From assembly GCA_905178155.1 (NCBI GenBank), contig CAJINV010000004.1, forward strand, positions 5,992,828 through 6,056,827: 64,000 nucleotides of DNA. Reading direction: 5' to 3'. The notes under the pieces were generated by a model. The model had not been told where the DNA came from, searched no databases, and saw nothing but the letters and a program-made list of their open reading frames with translations. The DNA is from Amoebophrya sp. A120. Taxonomy: Eukaryota; Protista; Dinoflagellata. The translations under genes were made by a program, and so were the position numbers. Position 1 is the first letter of the stretch, and every line of letters begins with the position of its first letter. Shown one piece after another: positions 11,301 to 23,300 of the stretch.

Positions 11301-14300
11301 TTCTTGCAAAAATGCTGCGTTCTTTATGCTCTTCATTTCCTCGTGCTGATGATCTTCCACATCGTTCTCGTTTTTTTTGTTCTTCTTCTTCTTGCTTCTC
11401 GCAACAATCCTGTATCGCTGTCCGTCGTCGCCAACAAACGAGGTATGGGTGTGTCAGGATCGAAATCGTCAAAGTTGAAATAATTTGCCATGCATAAAAT
11501 GGACGCCAGTTGCCACTCAGTTTCCAAATGGCGCATGACAAATTTCGGTGGTCCCTAAATCCCGTTTGTCATGCTGTTTAGGCAAAGAAGAATGGTTTTC
11601 TACATGCTACTTTAGCAGCTCGAGCTGTGAACCCAAATAGGCTTACAATCGGCCTCACTTGCCTGCTCTGCAACACACGTACCGCGGGTCATGCATTTTA
11701 TGCATTTGCAAATTATTATTATTTCAACTTTGACGATTTCAAACCTGACGCTTCCATACGAGGGCTCCTCCTCGTAGTGCTTCACTCCACCATACGCAAT
11801 GCGAAACCACGCCACCCACATCAACGCCAGTGCGACATTGTGCTTGGTGGCCCGCTATGCAATGCAAATATATCTGGGTCTGGAAGGTTGGAACTTGAAC
11901 TTGTAATGCTAGCTTTCCATACCTAGGAAATCTGTATTGTATAACCTACAACAGTCGCTGCAGCCTCTTTTGTACAATGAAAGCACGCAGTTTCTGATGC
12001 GGATTGCCTATGAGAAAGCGATCTGGAAAGTTGTCATGCTAGGTTGCATTCGGAACTGTTTCCATCATCCACATTTTAGCATCACAAGTTTCCAGACCCA
12101 GACGTATTTGCATTTGTGATACCCGCAAGATGCTGTACTTTGTCTCCACACACCCGTCGTCGCTGTGCGCCAGCGCTATGCTGTGCAAAAGTACTCGTAT
12201 TGCAATCATGTATTACAAATATCTTTCTTGAGCTAAATCCGCATCACAAATTTCATTTCTCATGCTGAGTAACTTTGTAATGCATTTCTACGAGTACGAG
12301 TACGATACTTTTGCAATGCATAAGCGCGGTGTGGTCCCGAAACGGGGCGGCCCGGCTGCAGTCCGGGACGTGAATCTGGGTGTAGGACTCCTTCCCAGCG
12401 ACGTCCAGAGTCTGAAGTGAGTGGCCCGCTCGCGCATCCATCTCCTCGGCCCGTCGTCCCGCCGCGGAGAGCTGCTGTGTTGAAGACAGATCGCGGCGGT
12501 AATTCAGGTCGAAAGGGTTCATGTGCCTTTTCATCAGAAACGAGGGGTACCTCGACGAGAATTTTCTATTGTGATGTTGCACGTCCGCTACTTTTTTCCG
12601 CACAACATACCGCACCAGGTGGTCCAACAAGTGTGCGCACCAGGGGGGCACGTGGCCGAGCGACGCTTCGTAGGGGGCCTTGCGCCACAGCAGGTGCGGA
12701 AAGTGCTCGCAGCCCAGCTTCCGTTCGATCACCCAGGAGGGAAAGCCCCGCCAGTGCGTGGCGGGGTTATGGAAGCGTCAGGTTTGAAATCGTCAAAGTT
12801 GAAATACTTTGTAATGCATAAAATGCGACACAAGAAGTGACTCTATTGCATAGGACCCACGGGAGGCAGATTATAGTCCTGTCAAGGGTCAAAAGTTGGA
12901 CTGCTAACTAGCATGACAGAAGGCAGCTCTTTTACCCTAAACCGCATGACAGACTCGCTTCCAGGACCGGGAAAATTTGTCATGCACCGACTACAAACTG
13001 TAGGTCTAACTGGTATCCGTTTTATGCATGGCAAATTATTTCAACTTTGTCGATTTCAACTCTGACACATCCATAGGGGTCCCCTTCGCGGTAAACCTGC
13101 AGCACATCGCCCTTTTTCACGTAGAGTTTGTGGCAGACTTCCCGCTGCCGGGTCGCGGCCTTCGTCCCAAGTACCTGGCGCAGGACCTTCGCGGAGGTGG
13201 AGGCACCGTCAAACAAGTAGAAGGGGTCGTGCCGGTATCCACAGAAAAAAAACCAATGCAAGCCACATCCATTTTTTGCATGGCAAACACATGACTTGAT
13301 ACGTGTTTTGCATGACAAATTGGATGTGGATGGGTTTTTTTCTGTGGATAGCCGGTTCCGGTACTCCTCTGCACCAACGGCCGCCTTCTCCGCTTCGCTG
13401 GCAAGCCAGGTGGCCTTTCTTCGGACCAAACGCCAACCGCCCTGGAAGGCGTGTTGCGTGGCTGCCCAGGACTTGTGAAGCCAATCCTCGTCTTGGTCTT
13501 TATTGTTCCCCCCGCCGGCGCCCTCCTCGGTGTTGTTCTTTCTGTCCCGCTCGGCCTTTTCCCTGCGCGCGATGCGGTCTATGCGGTGCGCGATGGCGAT
13601 GTATTTGGCCAGTTGGTGGCAGTGCTCTACCAGGTGCACCCCCTCCTGCCAGTCGCGGTATTCCAGGCTCCATCGCCCCACGACCTCGGGCCGCAGCATG
13701 GGTTCAATCATGGTCACCCAGACCTCGCGCGCCCACACCTCGGTCACACCCAAGTAGGCCAGGGTGAATTGGACCGAGCCACCGGTCCCGTCGGGAGACA
13801 GCCCCGCCTCGGGGTTCCGCACGGTGGGCAAAACGACCGTGGCGACCGCCCCCGTCCCGCTGTTTTGCGCAGCCTGCAACGACTGTGCGAGCGCGACGAG
13901 CCCGCTCGGCACTCGCTCAATCTTATTCCGCTTCTTCGCGTCGTAAGAAGCTTCTTCTTGGGAGGACTTCTGGTCCTCGGACTTGTAGTAGCGGTCGTGG
14001 TCGTGCAGGCGGCCGAAAACAGGTTGTTTTTCCAAGGGCAGGTCGTAGTCCTCCTCTTCGTCTAGCCGGAAGTCGTCGTTTTCTTTCCCGGCCGCAACCA
14101 GGCCCGGTTTGCCGCGGTCCAGGCCGTTGGTCGCGAGCCGTCCCTATCAAATGTAAAAATGTCTGGGTCTGGAAGAATGCAACTTGTCATGCTGAATCTG
14201 GAGCATGCAAAAATCTGTGTTGCATGATTACCAAAAGATGTCCACTTTTGACCAGTTCGACAGGGAGTTTCTCATGCAGGATAGGCACGATAGACACCTC

Positions 14301-17300
14301 ACAGCGTTTGTCATGCTAGGTGCTGCATTCCAGGCCTCATGGGTCATGGAAAAACTGCATCACAAATCTTGCATTCTTCCAGACCCAGACACTTTTGCAT
14401 TTGATAGTCCCGAGGGCGTGGGGTGCACGAAGTAGCCGGCGACTATCCAGGAAAAAACACCCATCCCCATCCATTTTTTGCATGGCAAATAGTTGACTTT
14501 ATGCATGTTTTGCATGACAAATTGGATGGGGATGAGTGTTTTTTTCCTGGATAGCGATGTCTTGCAGGAAAACGTCCTCCGAGGCCGTGCCCCACATCGC
14601 GCAGTCCCGGTAAAACTCTTCCGTTTGCGCATCGTGTTCGCGTTCCCCGGGCTCGCCAGATGTTGAACCGCTTGTCTGCGGCCCGCCACCGGGTGCTGTT
14701 GCATCCTGGCTGTAGTCCTGCCAATTCAGTGTGGGAAAGTCCTTTTCCATGGAGCACGACTGAGGGAGTAGACCTATGGACTGCAAAAGTATCGTACTCG
14801 TATAAATGCATTACAAATTTCATCAGCATGAGAAATAGAATTTGTAGTGCAGATTTACCTTAAGAGAAAAATTTGTAATGCATGATTGCAATACAAGTAC
14901 GATACTTTTGCACAGGATAAGACCCGCGGCGCGCCAAATCCAGTCGCCCAGGTCCATTGTGAAGCGGGGAACCGTATCAAATGTAAAAATGTCTGGGTCT
15001 GGAAGAATGCAACTTGTGATGCTGCATTTGGATTCCAAAAAAATCTGTATTGCATGAGTACCAAAGGGAATGCAATTTTTGCTCCGCTGAGAAGGCATTT
15101 TTCATGCGGAAAAGGCATCAGGAAACCCTCAGTAGAAAATCTGTATTGCTAGGATATGCATCACAGACATCATGGCTCATGCAAAACGTGCATGACAAGT
15201 GTCAGAATCTTCCAGACCCAGACACTTTTACATTTGATAAACCGCAAACGCCAAAATTCGCGGCAGCCCGCGCCGCATCAGGGGGTACAAACCAAGGTAA
15301 TCGACGTGCTCCGCCGAGTAGACGCGATTCCAGAGGGGCTGCAGCTCTTTGCGCAGGGGCTCCGTCTCCTGCCCCGCCAGAACGTCCTGCTCCAAAAGGC
15401 GGCCCAGCGAACCGTGCGTGAGCGGAAGCTTGGCCCCGACCGCGGGGCTGGACCGTACCTGGTAGGAAGAAAATCTATTACTTTCGCCGTCAATGTTGTT
15501 CTGTTCCGGACTAACCTCTTGCTCTTGATCTTCACTATCGGAAATAACGTCATCGTCGTGGTCTTTCTCTTTGCCCTGCTTGTCCTGCTTCATTTTTTTC
15601 GAGTCGAGTCGTGGCACCGCTTTTCCTGCGTGCGTGGTCAGCTGCTCGTACACATTTGATTTGGTCCATACGGGTTCTCCGCTTTGCAACCCGGGAACGA
15701 CATCCGTGCCTTCGAGCAGACCCCGCACGTACGTTTCTTTGCGGGTCGGGGCATAGTCGTGATGTGCTGGAGGACCTCTTCCCATTGATGTAGGTTCAAG
15801 CGCAACCACGACTATCCACAGTAAATCTAATTTCCCGCTGCACACGGGCAAATTCTGTGGCTTCCACATGTTGACAAGCACAAGCTCTTCCTTGAACCTC
15901 TCCAGCATGACCAATTGCTTTTTCTAAGTTGTTGAAATTTCAATTTGCATTTTTGTACATGTGCGGGAAATTTGTATTGCATATGATCTGTCATCGACGT
16001 CACCTCCTGCTGCAATTGCGCGCCAAAATTGGTGCGCTCGTGTTCGCTTTCCACGAGGGAGTCGACTCCGCGGCGAAAGGCGTCGAAGTAGCCCCCGCTG
16101 TACGCGGCTGTCGGCTTATGGTCCACATCCGCAACTTTGCTGAAGTAGAACCACCCGTCCTTGGCGCGGTCTTCTGGCCCCAGCATGCGCTCCCGGCGGA
16201 GACTCGCGCGGGCCATGACCTGCGCGATAGAAAGCCCCTTTTCCCACGGGGCAAATTCGTCGACATCTTCGCCGTAAAAAGTCTCGGGGTCCAGCATACC
16301 CTTCACTTTGTAAATATGGTCTGTCATTCCAAGAAGGGTTGCTCGGTCCTCGTAGTTGTGATCGACTGGTGATGAACCAAAATTTGCCTTCGTTCTAGTA
16401 CTAGTACTCACCTTCGCAGTACTTCTTCTAGTTGCACTTGATGTTGCAGCTGCCCTTACGACCCTGCTGCTGCTCTCGCTCTCCATAAAGGACGTCGAGC
16501 TGCTCGCCTCACTTGTACTTCTAGAGGTCGAAGTTGTGCTAGCCGTGGGCGCAGCGCCGTTCTGGTCATAAAGCTGTTGCAGTGGTCTCTGGAATTCCGC
16601 GTCGGCCTTTCGGTACCGAGCTACGCTCGCGTCGACATCGACCACATGGCTGCCCGGGGTACTGACCGGCGTGCCGTAATACAGGGGCGTAAACTCCAGC
16701 TCCTCGGCCCGATCGGGGATGCGGTCCGAACGCCCCAGTCGGTGCAGCTGGTGCGCGCCCCGGGCCGCGTCGGTGTATGCATTGCAAAAGCATCGCAGTC
16801 GCACTACTCGCATGAATTGCATCACAAATTTTGTCTTCAAACAATTTGTCATGCTAGTTTAGGTAGAAGGTTGGATTTGTCATGCACGAATGCATTTACT
16901 TTTGCAGAGGATACGGTGCGCGCAGCGACGATGGGGAAGGGCAGCCCCCCGGCGGGAAAGCGGACGCCGAACATGCCAGTGTCCCGGGTCCGGTCCACCG
17001 CACTCGGGTATCGTACGAAAAAAGTGTTTCACTGTGATTGATTTGCAAGATCTGCATCACAAGTTTGTTACATGACACAGAAAATTTGCCATGCGCGCTT
17101 CCCAAGGGAAAACACGGCTGAAGCTCCAACGTCTTGCAGGTGTAGCAAGACAAATAGTTCTGTGTTCCATTTTCTGCATCACAAGTTCACAGGAAACAGT
17201 TTTTTCGTGCNNNNNNNNNNNNNNNNNNNNNNNNNNNNNNNNNNNNNNNNNNNNNNNNNNNNNNNNNNNNNNNNNNNNNNNNNNNNNNNNNNNNNNNNNN

Positions 17301-20300
17301 NNNNNNNNNNGATATCGGCGGCAGCTTCAACAAAGCGCGGTGCCCGGATACCGACTCGTAGGCGTAATTGGTCTGGATATCCGCCGCCAGCCGTATGGGG
17401 TTCTCAAATGTGGTGTTCTCAGCTGGTGTCGCATGCATTTGATGTCATGCAGATGAACTACCTTAAGCTTAAGCCGCCAGGTAATCAAGCCGCTTCGCAT
17501 GACAAATTTACGAAGGGCTAATCAGCACCTAAAAAAATATGTCCCAAATCTGTGATGCGAAAGCAGCAACATCTGCAGCAAGCTTGTCCCTTTGACTGTT
17601 GCTGTGCTTGAATTACAAATTCATGTAACAATTGAGAATGTAACATTTGAGAGTCGCTGCATAAGGCGCACCAGCGGCGTCGAGCGATTGAGCCCCTCCG
17701 TTTCCTCTTCGAACCACGCGTTGGCGGACGCGGCCGACCCCTCCTTGCCGGCGGCCCCCTCCAGGGCATCCCACATGGCACGGCGCTCCTCCTGCTTGCG
17801 CTCCTTCTCTTCCTGTTCCGCGAAGATTTTCTCGATTTCGCGGGAGGCGAGCTGGCCGCGCGCGGTCCTGTCCATCGGGTTCTGCCGCGGCGCCGCGTAT
17901 GCATTGCAAAAGTATCGTACTCGAACTCGTATAAATGCATTACAAATTTCCTCAGCATGAGAAATAAAATTCGTAATGCAGATTTGCCTTGGAGACAAGA
18001 TTTGTAATGCAAGACTTGCATTTGAATTTGTACAAGTACGAGTACGATACTTTTGCACAGGATACCGCGCTGCGCATCCCGAACCGGTCCGCAAACAGGG
18101 CGGCGACCGTATCGCGAGGAAAATTGCCCCCACCCCCAAAGTTGCAAAAATTTGTGATGCGAAGTTTCCAAATGAAAACTTTTGAGACGGGTACGTGCTG
18201 AGGCCCAGACTTTTAATCGCGATGGCACGCTGAAGGTTACTATTTTTGCGTCGAGCATACCGTCGGGGAAAACAGGGGGCCCCCGCCTCCCGCCCTTTCG
18301 CCCGCTGGGTATCCTCCCCACAGGGGGGCCCCCGTCCCCGGCTCCCGCCCTCCCGCCCGCTGGGTAGCCTCCCCACCGGGGGGCCCCCGCCTCCCGGCCC
18401 GCCCGCAGGGGGGCCCCCGCCGGCCTCTCTCTTTCACTGGCCACGCGCAGGGGGCCCCCGCCTNNNNNNNNNNNNNNNNNNNNNNNNNNNNNNNNNNNNN
18501 NNNNNNNNNNNNNNNNNNNNNNNNNNNNNNNNNNNNNNNNNNNNNNNNNNNNNNNNNNNNNNNNNNNNNNNNNNNNNNNNNNNNNNNNNNNNNNNNNNNN
18601 NNNNNNNNNNNNNNNNNNNNNNNNNNNNNNNNNNNNNNNNNNNNNNNNNNNNNNNNNNNNNNNNNNNNNNNNNNNNNNNNNNNNNNNNNNNNNNNNNNNN
18701 NNNNNNNNNNNNNNNNNNNNNNNNNNNNNNNNNNNNNNNNNNNNNNNNNNNNNNNNNNNNNNNNNNNNNNNNNNNNNNNNNNNNNNNNNNNNNNNNNNNN
18801 NNNNNNNNNNNNNNNNNNNNNNNNNNNNNNNNNNNNNNNNNNNNNNNNNNNNNNNNNNNNNNNNNNNNNNNNNNNNNNNNNNNNNNNNNNNNNNNNNNNN
18901 NNNNNNNNNNNNNNNNNNNNNNNNNNNNNNNNNNNNNNNNNNNNNNNNNNNNNNNNNNNNNNNNNNNNNNNNNNNNNNNNNNNNNNNNNNNNNNNNNNNN
19001 NNNNNNNNNNNNNNNNNNNNNNNNNNNNNNNNNNNNNNNNNNNNNNNNNNNNNNNNNNNNNNNNNNNNNNNNNNNNNNNNNNNNNNNNNNNNNNNTGCCC
19101 GCGGGCCTCAGCACGGACCTAACCAATGCGGGGCTTTTGTTGAACACAGCTATTGCGCCCGCGGGCCTCACCACCGACCTAACCATTGCGCCGCTTGCTT
19201 CTGTTGAGCGCCTGGCCGGTCCCCTCGTTGGTGACTGTTCTGGGGGTGGTCCGCTCGTCCGCCCGAGGGGCCGCAACCGCAGGGCCCGAACCGTAAGGCA
19301 GAGTGGCGGGGAACAAGGCCCACCACACTGGGGCGCCCGCGCGCGGCGGCGGCGAACGGGCCCCAAAGCGTCCCCATCAATAGTGTTGTGGCGCGGGCCG
19401 AAGGGAAAGAGAGGCGCAGCGGCAATACTGCCCGCGCGCGCCATCACATTGACACCCGGAAGCGGAGCCGTGATACTCGGGCGGGCGTGCCGAGGAAGTT
19501 CGCGACGGCGGTGGTGGTTGTGGGTTGGTTGTCAAGTTGTCTCGTTGGCAATGCGTCAGTTTTCAAGTTGGTTGCCCATACGCCAGAACGACAACACAAC
19601 TGACAACCAACAACAACCAACCGAAGAGGAGACACAGCCGACATGCGCATGTCCATTCTCAGCGCGACACAGTGGACACATCCCCCACATGCGCAGCAGC
19701 CAGCGCGCGCGCGCTGGAAATACTGCCCACATGCGCCAGCGCAGTCCCGCGTGGAAGTTGGGCAACCGGGCGCGCCGTGGTTCGCACAACAAAACTGCCG
19801 AAGTTGAGCGATTAGCACAAGTGGAATCGAAACGCGGCCCATACCGCCCTGGTTCGGCGCAAAATGTAGGGATGGTTGCACGGCGAGTTGCGCCGTGCAA
19901 CTTGCCGTGCAACTCGGGCCATACCATCGCGATTCGCAACGCAAAACGTGCAAAAGATGCACGAGTTGCACAAGTTTCCGGGAAATCTCGGAAGGGCCAT
20001 ACCATCCTGGTTCTGCGCGAAATGTTGCGATAGTTGCACGGCGAGTTGCACCGTGCAACTCGCCGTGCAACTCGGCCGTACCGTGGTGATTTGCAACAAA
20101 AACGTGCAAAAGTTGCACGAGTTGCACAAGTTCCCGGGAAATCTCGGAAGGCGAAAATTCCGGGACCCCGGAAAGAGATGAAGAACAGCAAAGAGAGCGG
20201 ATTGGAAATCCGTGCTGCCACGAATTCCCAATCCGCATGGTATGGTGGGCTTTGGCCAGTAGAATTGCTATGTTTCCATAGCCTAAAAAAAGGCGCTCCA

Positions 20301-23300
20301 CGAGGGCACCACGCCCGGGTATATACGCAAGGTTTGACCCCAATCAGGGTGCTGCGATGGATTTTTCTGGGCCTCAGCGCGTACCGTTCTGGAACTTTTT
20401 GTCATGCATGAAAGGAGTATGAATCTTTCTGATGCAGATTCTAGGCGTGTTTCGCATCGCTTGCATGACAGACGCCGCTCTTGCTGGGATCTTTTGCAAT
20501 GCAAATTTTTGCTATTCACGATCGGAAATCTGTGATGCTGGTAGATGCAAGAGGGCGAATGTTTCATTGATTTGAAAAGGTCTGCAATACAAATGCTTTC
20601 AAGTTCGGGGGTGGGGGCATTTTTCATTGTAATAGACCGTCTGACTCCACAGCAACCGGTGAATCCCCTGGTCCACCGAGGTCGGGTTGACCCCGGCGTA
20701 CAGAAAGTACTCACTCCCGCCCGTTCGCGCCAAATAGGCCCGCTCGGAAACAAGCAACTTCTCCGCCTCGATGCTACTCGCGTCACGACCCGAAACTACT
20801 CCGTTCTGGTCCTCCTGCTGCGCCAGCTCTTCTTCACGGCTCATCTTTACGTTGGCAAACTTGCTGGAGGCACCTCCGCCCCCGGTCGGGCTGTCCGCAA
20901 ACTCGGGGTGATACACCTGCAGGAGCGGTCGCACGATGGTGCCGCCCTCCTCGAGAACCGTGGTGGTGGAACCCGCGAAGGTGGGGTCAGTCGCGACGGC
21001 TTGGTTCAACTCCCGCGCAATCTCCTTCCAATTGGTGTTCACACGATAGTATCCTGTGCAAAAGTATCGTACTCGTACTAATTGCTTTTATGCATTACAA
21101 ATCTTTTTCTGAAGGCAAATCCGCATTACAAATTTTTTTTTGTAATGCTGAGCTAATTTGTGTTGCAATTTATACTAGCACGGTGCTTTTGCACAGGATA
21201 GATAGCGCACGTGATACTCGCCGCCACGGGAGGAGGCTCCAGCCTGCGCCGCAAAAAGCTTCAGTAGGGATCCGGCCTCCTTTTGCGCTAGGTCGGCGTC
21301 GGCCTGCAGTCGCCTGGCCGTCTTCAGCCACGCCGCGCGCTCCTGCTCCACGTTGCGGCCCCCTAGCAGCTCCTGCGATTCGGTATCTTCCTCCACATCA
21401 AAGTCGCTTACCTGGTAGTAGTACCTCTTTGATGTATCGCTTGATGAAGGTGATGTACTTTCGTCTAGCCCTAGCAATTCCTGCTCTTGGTCTGATGTTT
21501 CAGAAGAAGTTCCGTCACCAGGATTTGATAATGATGATCTCGTCGCTGTTGTGCCCATGCCCTTTCGTCTACTACTAGAAGTCTCTTTCACAAGGGAGTA
21601 GTCCAGCTCTGCGGCATCGCGGTGCCACCGCTCTCGGATCTTGAAGCCCAGATACAGCACGTTGTGCAAGTAGAGCCTTTCCCCGCTGGTCGAGATCGTG
21701 TCTAATTCGATCGCAAATGGATCTTCGTCCCCGTCTTCATCAAACAAGGTCGTGGTCCCGTCTTCTTGCGCTTGATATCCGAAATTGGTGGCCTCATCTT
21801 CATCTTCGATCGGTCGTACGGCTCCACTGCGGGGGCCCTTGCTTGAAGATGTTGTTGCGAAGGGGCCGGAGTCGTCGGATTTCTTATTCGTTCCCATTTT
21901 TCCGTACAACACGGGCAGCAAAGTCCACGCTGAGGCGCCCGCGGAACTTATGTACTCGGGCCACTTCACGGCGGTGCACCATTCGTTACTGCGACCGCGA
22001 CACGACGTGATGTCCTCGTCCGGAAGGTTTTTAAAGGCTTTTTGCAGCTCTTCATCGCGTTCGTCTACTTCGGCCCCCTGGTTCTTGTGGATGTCATAAT
22101 TCTGCAGCTCGGCGACCAGTTCTTGCAGCTCAAGGTTTATCCGCTGCTGCTCTTCGCTGAAATACCTGGCCTCGCCCTTGGTAAACCAGTTCCAATTTTT
22201 CGTCCTGGAATTATACAAGGGACGGCCAGGCCCAGAATAAACCTTCTCCTTGCCGTCCCGCATGGCTTGGAGCTTCCTTCGGGTTTCCGCCTCCTCCCGT
22301 TTTTGCGCTTCGTTTGTAACTGCGGTCCACGCGCGCAGAAACCCCAGGCTGCTGATCGACGCTCGGAGGCCGCCCCCGGCCAACGCGATACCCGCCGGAA
22401 GCTGGTGCCACGGCTCGGTAAACCGCCCGGCGTAGTTTTCCAGCGCCTCGGGAAACTTGCGCCAATTCACGGCAAGAAACTTGCGCGCAGGAGCAGTTCG
22501 TGCTGGCGCTGGGGGTTCTTTGCTTGATATTCTTGTAGTTGCCTCTCCTTTTTTCGTTGCTTTCGTCGTCCCAACTTTACTTTCTGTCGTGGTCGTCGCG
22601 CTTGAAGATGAAGTTGAAGACGCAAGCGTCGCTTTCGTTGTTTCAGATTTTTTGGCGTAGAAGTTGCGGTTGCTCTCGTGTCGGTCAGCACCCCCTACTA
22701 TTCCGGCCTTTATTTCATTTTCAACGCGATCGCGAGCGGTGATTTCATCAGCCTTTTATAGAGACGAAAAAGGTGATCTTCAGCAGTGTTCTTATCCCTA
22801 AAGGAATTCGCAGCATACCGTCGGGATTTGCCCTGTTTTTGGCGCCAACGCAGGCGCTGCAGCTTTTATGGTCGCGCCTGCGTAGGAGTGCTGTTGCCTT
22901 CCCTGGTGGGTTTGTTTTTTCACGCGGCCCAGGCGTCTTTCTAGAGGAACCAACAGGCACGCTAGCACCCCGGCGAGCCTAGACATAGACTAAAGAGGCC
23001 CCCCCCACTGCGCAGATCGACGCGCCCCGCGGGCACTCACAACACACCCACCCGGCTCAGGCGGGCATCTTTTCCGCGGCCCCGAGCCCGACGCACTCGC
23101 GACCCAAAAAAGGCCGCAAGCCGGCTCGCGCAGACTTGGTGCGCAGGCCCCTCGAGACCTCTTGGAACTCTTCAAGCGCGCCCCCATCTCTCACCCGCCG
23201 CCCCAATCACTCACCGTTGGCACCGGACCGCTTTCGCGGCCGTGGTGAACGCACTGGCAGAAGACCCGAAAAGCTTCCCGCCTGATGTTCGTTTAAACGC

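Larger units (their letters stand above)
18110..20634. mobile_element. Introner, family D, expanded by a nested transposon
   Basis: Family D left part 18110-18183 and right part 20392-20634; DR gaccg/gaccg. Confidence 0.85.

Noticed and set aside
18246-20033. 595-aa ORF as a possible transposase
   Set aside because: Runs through an N gap and repeats; no DDE-like motif recognised.
18254-22826. Shared 14-mer AGCATACCGTCGGG near the left ends of the nested element and the 1-kb element
   Set aside because: A single short match with different TIRs and TSD lengths; insufficient to claim a relationship.
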